A stretch of 64,000 nucleotides of DNA, from assembly GCA_031425035.1 (NCBI GenBank), contig JANPIN010000065.1, positions 651 through 64,650 of the forward strand. Direction: 5' to 3'. Positions 1-6,527 of the stretch are shown piece after piece (position 1 is the stretch's first letter; each line of letters begins with the position of its first letter). The notes under the pieces are model-generated. The model did not search any database, had not been told where the DNA came from, and saw only the letters and a program-made list of their open reading frames with translations. The translations under genes were made by a program, and so were the position numbers. This stretch comes from Saprospirales bacterium (lineage in GTDB: Bacteria; Bacteroidota; Bacteroidia; Chitinophagales; Saprospiraceae).

Positions 1-30
1 GTGAATTTTGGTGGGCAAGGTACGGGATAA

Positions 31-70
31 GGTGGGTTTGTTTGGCGGGTTTGCGGGTTTGGAAGGGTTG
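31..70. repeat. G/T-rich low-complexity tract with GGGTTTG-type units, at the window edge
   Basis: The tract reads ggtgggtttgtttggcgggtttgcgggtttggaagggttg. It has the same unit type as the G/T-rich arm at 24604-24657 and ends 58 nt upstream of the ATG at 128. Confidence 0.5.
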
Positions 71-127
71 AAAAAAGTTTGCGGTCGAATAGTTTTTTAA
101 AACGAAGTCATCAACAGCATATAGAAA

Positions 128-928
128 ATGGAAAATTTTGACGCCTACTTTGACGCCAACCGGGACGGCTGGAATTTACGCACGGAAATTCATCAGGATT
201 CGGAATTCTACGCTTTAGCCGCCTGGAAACAGGGCAAAACCAGTCTGCAGTCCATCGAACTGGGCGAAGTAGGCGACGTGAAAGGCAAGAAGTTGCTGCA
301 CCTGCAGTGTCATTTCGGGCAGGATACGCTCTCGTGGGCGCGCTTAGGCGCCGAAGTCACCGGCTGTGACCTTTCGGATAAAGCCATCGACCTCGCCGGG
401 CAACTGGCCCGGGAAATGGACTTGCCCGCCCGCTTCGTCTGCTGCAACGTGCTGCACCTGCGCGATTATCTGGATGGTGAATTCGACATCGTTTTTACCT
501 CCTACGGCACCATCGGCTGGCTGCCCGACCTGGAACCCTGGGCGGCGGTGGTCAGCCATTTTGTGAAACAAGGCGGTTTCTTCTATATCGCCGACTTCCA
601 CCCGGTGATGTGGATGATGGACGATAACATGGAGCATTTGCACTATCCCTACCACAATGCCGGCGTGATCGAAACCGAGCAAACCGGCACCTACGCCGAT
701 CGGGAGGCGGATATCCGGTATAAAGAATATGGCTGGAACCACAGTCTGTCGGAAGTGATCAACAGCCTGATCCGGCATGGACTGCGGGTCGAGTTCCTGA
801 ACGAATATAATTACTCGCCGTATAACTGTTTTCCTAAAATGGTGCAGGGGGAAGACGGCCATTACCGGATACAGGGCCTGGAAGGCGTGCTGCCGATGGT
901 GTATACGATTAAGGCGAGTAAGGGCTAA
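128..928 (+). CDS. class I SAM-dependent methyltransferase
   Basis: 266-aa ORF. SAM-binding motif I-like LLHLQCHFGQDT is followed by the acidic GCDLS and by FDIVFTSYG, the usual class I Rossmann-fold layout. Confidence 0.85.
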   Translation: MENFDAYFDANRDGWNLRTEIHQDSEFYALAAWKQGKTSLQSIELGEVGDVKGKKLLHLQCHFGQDTLSWARLGAEVTGCDLSDKAIDLAGQLAREMDLPARFVCCNVLHLRDYLDGEFDIVFTSYGTIGWLPDLEPWAAVVSHFVKQGGFFYIADFHPVMWMMDDNMEHLHYPYHNAGVIETEQTGTYADREADIRYKEYGWNHSLSEVINSLIRHGLRVEFLNEYNYSPYNCFPKMVQGEDGHYRIQGLEGVLPMVYTIKASKG

Positions 929-1200
929 ACGCTAAAAGCCAAACCTTCCGCCTGTAGTGCGGCCCGTAGTTTCGGCAGGGAACCGGGTCCCATGCCGTGC
1001 AGCACCAAAATGTCTGCTTCGCTAAACATAGCCAGCTGCTGCAGCGAACGGATGCCTTTATTTTCCAGCGCCCGCCTGGCCGGCGCCGCCAGCGAAGCCA
1101 TAAAACCAGCCTGCGGTTTGCGGGTCTGTTCGCAATGGGGACAGGTCGGACAGTCGCTGGTTTTGTTGAATTTATGACCTTTTGGACAGGTTTTTTCCAT
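925..1200 (-). CDS. small zinc-ribbon plus helix-hairpin-helix-like protein (hypothetical)
   Basis: 91-aa ORF. N-terminal CPKGH..CPTCPHC cysteine cluster and C-terminal LHGMGPGSLPKL HhH-like segment. Its start overlaps the 3' end of the upstream DUF1801 ORF by 29 nt. Confidence 0.55.
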   Translation of the reverse strand: MEKTCPKGHKFNKTSDCPTCPHCEQTRKPQAGFMASLAAPARRALENKGIRSLQQLAMFSEADILVLHGMGPGSLPKLRAALQAEGLAFSV

Positions 1201-1582
1201 CTTTATTGGGCTTTAACTCTGCTTTTTCCTGAACTTGCTGCACCCGGAATTTCACAATTCTCGTCACCAGATCCAGGGGCAGCGGCTGATCGATCGGGAA
1301 CTGGACGGACCCTTTGGCGCCTTTGTATGCGGATAGTTCCTGCTCGAATTCCTGCAGTCCGACCGGCGCCGGATAAAAGCCAATATGGTGTTTGAAGCCG
1401 CCGAAATGCACCAGATTACCGCCGAGTTTAAAAGTCGGAATACCGTAAGCGATGGTTTCCCTGGCCTCGGGCGCCGCTTGCTGAATGGTGCTGCGCATTT
1501 GTTCCAGCAGGACTTGTACGTCCTGCGGAAAATCGGCGATATAAGCGCTGATGTCCTGCGGTTTGGTGGTTTTAGCGTCCAT
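1172..1582 (-). CDS. DUF1801 (YdhG-like) domain protein
   Basis: 136-aa ORF. IAYGIPTFKLGGNLVHFGGFKHHIGFYP and GSVQFPIDQPLP match the pattern I recall for YdhG/DUF1801 proteins. Confidence 0.8.
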   Translation of the reverse strand: MDAKTTKPQDISAYIADFPQDVQVLLEQMRSTIQQAAPEARETIAYGIPTFKLGGNLVHFGGFKHHIGFYPAPVGLQEFEQELSAYKGAKGSVQFPIDQPLPLDLVTRIVKFRVQQVQEKAELKPNKDGKNLSKRS

Positions 1583-1670
1583 AGGTAGAGAGGATGGTTG
1601 AATTAATTAAAGGGTTTACATCGGGTAGGCATAAGTAAGTTTGTTTATGTAAGGGTTGTTCCGACATATA

Positions 1671-1741
1671 TCCCCGATGAAAAATCGGGATCTACCTCTC
1701 CACGGGAACAAAGATAGTAGCCGGCTTCAGCCGTGGAGGTA
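1671..1741. repeat. nested REP-like hairpins in a divergent intergenic region
   Basis: tccccgat-gaaaa-atcggga lies at 1671-1690. tacctctccacgg (1693-1705) pairs with ccgtggaggta (1731-1741) and encloses ccggcttcagccg (1721-1733). The perfect palindrome version, cccggctgaagccggg, occurs at 29175-29190. Confidence 0.45.
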
Positions 1742-1974
1742 GGCAAATGCGACAAATTGCGGGTGTTTTAGCAACAACAGGCCGAAAGAGGTAGGTGGGC
1801 ATGGGTGTTTACTTTTTCCCCAACTGCTCCAGTACCCAGTTTTCCAGTTCTCCTTTTTCCGCAGCACTTTACCTTTTCCCAACCACCCGCCGCCGCTCCC
1901 TACTTTTTGCCGCTTGGAAATTCCCCAAAACCCCTACTTTTCCGCGCTGTTCACAACCAAACCAACTTCGCGCA

Positions 1975-3642
1975 ATGTCCTTCCTTGACAACATCTTCCG
2001 CAAAAAAACCATTCAAGACGCCATCGCCACGGCCGATGAGAACGCGGCCCACGGCGGCAGCGGCCTCGCCAAAAACCTGCGCGTCATCGACCTGACGGCC
2101 CTGGGGATCGCGGCCATCATCGGCGCGGGCATTTTCAGTACGATCGGTACCGCCAGTTTCATGGGCGGTCCGGCGGTGGTGTTCCTGTTCATTTTCACGG
2201 CCATCGCCTGCGGATTTTCGGCCCTGTGTTACGCGCAGTTCGCGTCTACTGTGCCAGTGTCGGGCAGCGCGTACACTTATACCTACACCACGTTCGGGGA
2301 AATCCTGGCCTGGACAGTCGGCTGGAACCTGCTGTGGGAATATGCCATCGGTAATGTCGCCGTGGCCATTTCCTGGAGCGATTACTTCACCGGACTACTG
2401 CGCGGACTCGGTATTGCCATGCCCGAGTGGCTGACGATGGATTTCGTAACGGCCGGGAAAGGCGCGAGTCCGGAAGCCGTTGCCGCCTGGCAGAATGCCC
2501 CGCAGGTCGGCGGCTTTCACCTCGTCTTCGATCTGCCGGCGCTGATGATTACGCTGCTCATCACAGCCCTGGTGTATCGCGGTATTCAGGAGTCGAAAAA
2601 TGCCAGTAATGCGCTGGTATTGTTCAAGTTGATCGTTATTCTGGCCGTCATCGCCGTGGGGGTGTTCTACGTAAATCCGGGCAACTGGACGCCCTTCGCA
2701 CCCAATGGCGTGCGCGGCGTGCTCTCCGGTATTTCGGCGGTGTTCTTCGCCTACATCGGTTTCGACGCCATCAGCACCACGGCCGAAGAGTGCAAGAATC
2801 CGCAGCGGGATCTGCCGCGGGCCATGTTCCTGTCGCTCATTATTTGTACCATTTTATACGTCGTCATCGCCCTGATCCTGACCGGCATGGTGCCCTACAG
2901 CGATCTGGCGGTGGGTGATCCGTTGGCTTTCGTGTTCAAGGCCGTGCACCTCGATTTCTTTTCCGGCGTGGTGGCCCTGAGTGCCGTCGTGGCTACGGCG
3001 AGCGTGTTCCTGGTTTTCCAGCTGGGGCAGCCGCGCATCTGGATGAGCATGAGCCGCGACGGTTTATTGCCGAAAAAATTCTCCGCCATTCACCCGAAAT
3101 TCAAAACCCCGTCTTTCTCCACCGTGCTGGCGGGTTTCGTGGTGGCTATTCCGGCTCTGTTTCTGAACCTCAACGAAGTGGCGGATCTGACCAGTCTGGG
3201 TACCCTGTTTGCCTTCGCCGTTGTTTGCGCCGGCGTTTTGAAAATGGATGCGACCGGCCAGTCGGCGCAGGCTAAATTCAAGGTAACCTACCTCAACAGC
3301 CGCTACTGGCTGCCCGGCATTCTGCTTGTGTTGTTCTTTGTTTTACAAATGGCGAATCCCGGTTTTGTTACCCACCTGCTCGATTGCCCGGATGGCAACT
3401 GCCGCCCCCTGATCCCTTATTTCCTGTTTTTGCTGTTGTTCGCGGGCATTACGGTGATGGCCATTGCGTACGAGTGGTCCTTCATACCGGTGGTCGGCCT
3501 GGTGCTGAACCTGTTCATGATGTCGCAGGTGATGTTCGTCAGCTGGCTGCGATTTATGGTCTGGATGGTGATCGGTCTGATCGTGTATTTCGCCTACGGT
3601 TACGCCAACAGCAAGTTGCGGGCAAAACACGCGCAGGCCTAA
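1975..3642 (+). CDS. APC-family amino acid permease (cationic amino acid transporter-like)
   Basis: The ORF 1795..3642 is trimmed to the ATG at 1975 (MSFLDNIF). It has about 12 or more hydrophobic spans, with GAGIFSTIG, FFAYIGFDAISTTAEECKNPQRDLPRA and WMSMSRDGLLP typical of APC permeases. Confidence 0.9.
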   Translation: MSFLDNIFRKKTIQDAIATADENAAHGGSGLAKNLRVIDLTALGIAAIIGAGIFSTIGTASFMGGPAVVFLFIFTAIACGFSALCYAQFASTVPVSGSAYTYTYTTFGEILAWTVGWNLLWEYAIGNVAVAISWSDYFTGLLRGLGIAMPEWLTMDFVTAGKGASPEAVAAWQNAPQVGGFHLVFDLPALMITLLITALVYRGIQESKNASNALVLFKLIVILAVIAVGVFYVNPGNWTPFAPNGVRGVLSGISAVFFAYIGFDAISTTAEECKNPQRDLPRAMFLSLIICTILYVVIALILTGMVPYSDLAVGDPLAFVFKAVHLDFFSGVVALSAVVATASVFLVFQLGQPRIWMSMSRDGLLPKKFSAIHPKFKTPSFSTVLAGFVVAIPALFLNLNEVADLTSLGTLFAFAVVCAGVLKMDATGQSAQAKFKVTYLNSRYWLPGILLVLFFVLQMANPGFVTHLLDCPDGNCRPLIPYFLFLLLFAGITVMAIAYEWSFIPVVGLVLNLFMMSQVMFVSWLRFMVWMVIGLIVYFAYGYANSKLRAKHAQA

Positions 3643-3643
3643 G

Positions 3644-4021
3644 ATGAACAACCTTATATTGACTATTTGCGGCCTGTACAGCCTCGGTTTTGCGGTGTTC
3701 CACGCGTATTTCTGGCGTATTTTTCACTGGAAAAAAGACCTGTACAGCCTGCATCCCGGCAACCGCGCCATCATGCAGATCCTGAATATGCGTTTGATCT
3801 ACGTGTTCCTCTGTATGGCGCTGTTGTGTTTCTTTTTTCAAACCGCCCTGCTGACCACCAGTCTGGGGCACGCCATTTTAGCCGGTTGCTCCCTGTTCTG
3901 GGTGGGGCGTACGATCGAACAATTCATCTTCCTGCGCCGTCTTTACCACTGGGCCATTCATGCCCTGACCGCCATTTTTATTCTCGGCGCCATTCTGTTC
4001 GCGTTACCGTTGATTAGGTGA
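3644..4021 (+). CDS. small integral membrane protein (hypothetical, about 4 TM)
   Basis: 125-aa hydrophobic ORF starting 2 nt after the permease stop, so probably co-transcribed. Its last two codons and stop lie inside the inverted repeat beginning at 4014. Confidence 0.6.
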   Translation: MNNLILTICGLYSLGFAVFHAYFWRIFHWKKDLYSLHPGNRAIMQILNMRLIYVFLCMALLCFFFQTALLTTSLGHAILAGCSLFWVGRTIEQFIFLRRLYHWAIHALTAIFILGAILFALPLIR

Positions 4022-4074
4022 TAGGAGGCAGGTGACAGGAGGCAGGTGACAGGAGGCAGGTGACAGGAGGCAGG
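4014..4074. repeat. left arm of a composite inverted tandem-repeat element (14-nt unit GGAGGCAGGTGACA, about 3.6 copies)
   Basis: Units lie at 4024-4037, 4038-4051 and 4052-4065, with a partial unit at 4066-4074. By hand alignment, 4014-4074 is the reverse complement of 4294-4354 with one mismatch. Confidence 0.9.
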
Positions 4075-4256
4075 AGCGGATTTTGCATAATTTTAAAAAA
4101 TGGTGATTGACGATTACATGATTGATGAATGTTGATGTATCAGCCGGCAACATCCATTGTTTTTCATCAAAGTAGTAAGTCGGATAAAAAAGTGCCCGTT
4201 GAATAGAAAGTAGATAACTGTCCCTGATGCAGTTCATCGCGGTAACCATTAACCAA

Positions 4257-4277
4257 TAACTCATAACTCATAACTCA
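4257..4277. repeat. 7-nt microsatellite (TAACTCA) x3 inside the loop of the composite element
   Basis: taactca taactca taactca is read directly. A related taactcataact lies at 6507-6518, next to the second element. Confidence 0.8.
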
Positions 4278-4280
4278 TAT

Positions 4281-4354
4281 CTGCCTCCTGTCACCTGCCT
4301 CCTGTCACCTACCTCCTGTCACCTGCCTCCTGTCACCTGCCTCCTATCACCTAA
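4281..4354. repeat. right arm of the composite inverted tandem-repeat element (CTGCCTCCTGTCAC x5)
   Basis: Five 14-nt units span 4281-4350; the third has G->A and the fifth has G->A. The arm ends 13 nt before the ATG at 4368. Confidence 0.9.
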
Positions 4355-4367
4355 CCCCTAATAACCC

Positions 4368-5057
4368 ATGCAAAAAATCGTCGTACTTACCGGCGCCGGC
4401 ATTTCGGCGGAAAGCGGGATCAGCACCTTCCGCGACAGTGACGGGCTGTGGGAAAACCACCGCATCGAAGACGTGGCCACGCCCGAGGGCTGGCGGCGCA
4501 ATCCGGAACTGGTGCAGGAATTTTATAACCAGCGGCGCCGGAAACTGCTGGAAGTGGAGCCCAATGCCGGACACCGGGCGCTGGTCGAGCTGGAAAAGAA
4601 ATACGAGGTACACGTCATCACCCAGAACGTGGACGATCTGCACGAGCGCGCCGGCAGCAGCCACGTGCTGCATTTACACGGGGAACTGCGCAAAGTGCGC
4701 TCCGAACGCTATGAGGAACACGTGTATGACTGGAATAAGGACCTGAAAATGGGCGATCTCTGTACCCGTGGCGCCCAGTTGCGGCCGCATATCGTCTGGT
4801 TTGGCGAAGCCGTACCCCTGCTGGAACAGGCGGCCGAACTGGCTGAACAGGCCGATATTTTCCTGATCGTCGGCACCTCACTGCAGGTGTACCCGGCCGC
4901 CAGTCTGATGGTGTATGCACCGCCGGGCATACCGGTATATTACGTGGATCCGCGTCCGCAGGTCAATTACGAACTGGCCCGGATGAAGGGGCTGCAGGTG
5001 CTGGCCGAAACGGCAACGGTGGGCTTGCCAAAGGTCGTTACGGAACTTCTCGGATGA
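4368..5057 (+). CDS. cobB: Sir2-family NAD-dependent protein deacylase (CobB-like, class III)
   Basis: 229 aa. Motifs present: GAGISAESGISTFR, FYNQRRR (the Y-x-x-R of class III sirtuins), TQNVDDLHERAG and the catalytic HLHGEL. The usual Zn-ribbon cysteines are absent; only one Cys lies in that segment. Confidence 0.9.
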   Translation: MQKIVVLTGAGISAESGISTFRDSDGLWENHRIEDVATPEGWRRNPELVQEFYNQRRRKLLEVEPNAGHRALVELEKKYEVHVITQNVDDLHERAGSSHVLHLHGELRKVRSERYEEHVYDWNKDLKMGDLCTRGAQLRPHIVWFGEAVPLLEQAAELAEQADIFLIVGTSLQVYPAASLMVYAPPGIPVYYVDPRPQVNYELARMKGLQVLAETATVGLPKVVTELLG

Positions 5058-5118
5058 TTTTGACGGCATAGATGAAAAGTAAAATGCAGCAGAGGGGTTC
5101 AGGCAAATAAAATTCGTC

Positions 5119-5126
5119 TACTTTTG
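5119..5126 (+). promoter_or_regulatory. candidate Bacteroidota sigma-A -7 box (TAnnTTTG) for efp
   Basis: tacttttg sits within tctacttttgcccgcc, 60 nt upstream of the efp ATG. The same extended TACTTTTGCC occurs upstream of rocD, eno and the TBDR-like gene. Confidence 0.45.
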
Positions 5127-5185
5127 CCCGCCTTTTTTGAATAGAGAAGGTAATTATATCTTAATTCAACAAAATAACAACAAGC

Positions 5186-5752
5186 ATGGCAACGACGTCA
5201 GACATCAAAAACGGCCTGTGCATCGAACTGAACAACGACATCCTGCGCGTGATTGATTTCCAGCGTTTTCAGGTAGGGCGGGGTAGCGGTAAAGTGTGGA
5301 CGAAACTCAAAAGTTCGACCAGCGGCAAGGTGCTGGAACATACTTTTCAAAGCGGCCACAACATCACGGAAGTGCGTGTGGAACGCCGGAAATTTCAATA
5401 CCTCTATCCGGAAGACGGCGGTTATGCCCTGATGAACCAGGAAACCTTCGATCAGATTTCCATCCCGGAAGACATGGTCGAAAACGGTAAATTCCTCAAG
5501 GAAGGCGACGTCGTGGACGTACTCTACCATTCCCAGAAGGAAACCCTGCTGTCGGTGGAATTACCGCAAACAGTAGTGCTGAAAATCACCTACACCGAGC
5601 CGGGTATGCGTGGGGACACGGCCACGAACACCCTCAAAGCCGCCACGGTGGAAACCGGCGCGGAAGTCCGGGTGCCGCTTTTCTGCGAACAGGGCGATTT
5701 AATTAAAATTGACACGGCTACCGGCTCGTACATGGAGCGGGTAAAAAAATAA
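5186..5752 (+). CDS. efp: elongation factor P (atypical loop)
   Basis: 188 aa with full-length EF-P pattern: MATTSDIKNGLCIE, RVERRKFQYLY, MNQETFDQ, TEPGMRGDTATN and GSYMERVKK. It lies upstream of accB-accC, as in many bacteria. The loop reads FQVGRGSGKVW instead of the usual VKPGKGxAF. Confidence 0.93.
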   Translation: MATTSDIKNGLCIELNNDILRVIDFQRFQVGRGSGKVWTKLKSSTSGKVLEHTFQSGHNITEVRVERRKFQYLYPEDGGYALMNQETFDQISIPEDMVENGKFLKEGDVVDVLYHSQKETLLSVELPQTVVLKITYTEPGMRGDTATNTLKAATVETGAEVRVPLFCEQGDLIKIDTATGSYMERVKK

Positions 5753-5912
5753 AACAGCGGGCAATGGGCAGGGTGCAAAATCAGTGATGGATTTGTACTT
5801 TGCCGGCAGAACCTTGTTTCTTTCTTTTCTGGGGGAGAAAGGGAAAATTTTCAGCACGAAAAATTTTTTCTTCCTCCCCTTCTTTTTATGTATCAGTAAA
5901 ACCTTGTCCCGT

Positions 5913-6404
5913 ATGGATTTTAGCCAAATACAAGAACTCATTCGGATGGTGAGCAAACATAAGCTCTCCGAATTCAGCCTCCGAGAAGGCGATTTCAAAC
6001 TCGTCATCCGCAACCAGAGCGGACAAGAAGGCGCTGCCCCCACGGTGGTGCATACGATTTCTTCACCGGCAGCACTCCCGGCTCCTGCGCCGCTGCCCGC
6101 ACCCGCGCTGGCGCCTAAAGCCGACGCTCCGCCCGCCGCACCGGTAGTGGATGAAAACGCCCGCTACATCGCTGTCAAATCGCCGATGGTCGGTACTTTC
6201 TATCGCAGCAACGGCCCCGATAAACCACCCTTTATGAAAGTCGGAGACGAGGTGCAGAAAGGCCAGACGGTCTGCGTCATCGAAGCGATGAAACTGTTCA
6301 ACGAAATTGAAAGCGATGTGCGCGGCAAAATCGTCAAGGTGCTGGTCGAAGATGCCACGCCGGTCGAATATGATCAGCCGCTTTTCCTGGTAGATCCGGC
6401 GTAA
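5913..6404 (+). CDS. accB: acetyl-CoA carboxylase biotin carboxyl carrier protein
   Basis: The ORF 5784..6404 is trimmed to the ATG at 5913 (MDFSQIQELI). It has a Pro/Ala linker and the biotinyl-lysine motif CVIEAMKLFNEIE. Confidence 0.9.
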   Translation: MDFSQIQELIRMVSKHKLSEFSLREGDFKLVIRNQSGQEGAAPTVVHTISSPAALPAPAPLPAPALAPKADAPPAAPVVDENARYIAVKSPMVGTFYRSNGPDKPPFMKVGDEVQKGQTVCVIEAMKLFNEIESDVRGKIVKVLVEDATPVEYDQPLFLVDPA

Positions 6405-6418
6405 GGATATTAGGTTTT

Positions 6419-6500
6419 AGGGGTCAGGAAACAGGAGACAGGTGACAGGGATAATGATCGCGCCTGCCCCCTGCCCCCTGCCTCCTGACCCCTGCCTCCT
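6419..6500. repeat. imperfect inverted repeat of the GGAGGCAGG(T/G)G(A/T)CA family between accB and accC
   Basis: aggggtcagga (6419-6429) pairs perfectly with tcctgacccct (6483-6493). The inner arms, acaggagacaggtgacaggg and cctgccccctgccccctgcc, are about 70% complementary. The loop is about 12 nt. Confidence 0.8.
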
Positions 6501-6527
6501 CTATTTTAACTCATAACTGCTCTGAAC

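Noticed and set aside
1795-1974. N-terminal extensions proposed by the ORF track (1795, 5784, 14559, 23557, 23725, 29767, 31193, 34184, 41749, 44783, 46399, 49342, 49776, 52869)
   Set aside because: In each case an internal ATG yields a canonical N-terminus (a signal peptide or the conserved family start). The extension is low-complexity, overlaps a neighbouring gene or repeat, or begins with TTG. I used the shorter coordinates.
4004-4264. 86-aa ORF inside the loop of the composite repeat element
   Set aside because: It reads through the left repeat arm and the stop codon of the upstream gene, and has no start context or motifs. It is most simply explained as chance openness in an AT-rich spacer. 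It would be worth revisiting only if Ribo-seq shows translation.
4024-4350. CRISPR-array interpretation of the tandem arrays (also 14342-14447, 24604-24790 and 27066-27250)
   Set aside because: The units are 7-14 nt and contiguous with no unique spacers (or 42 nt and contiguous). They are far shorter than CRISPR repeats, and no cas genes are present in the window.
4014-4354. MITE interpretation of the 341-nt element
   Set aside because: The size and the terminal inverted repeats fit. However, I find no target-site duplication (flanks ...cgttga and cccctaa...), and the termini are themselves microsatellite arrays. I have not excluded it, but I do not call a mobile element without more copies.
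4368-5057. Sir2 domain as an anti-phage defence effector (Thoeris/DSR/SIR2-HerA type)
   Set aside because: The protein is only 229 aa and is a stand-alone class III CobB-like sirtuin with the Y-x-x-R acyl-lysine pocket. It has no fused sensor domain and no partner gene (TIR, HerA, Argonaute), and it sits among housekeeping genes.
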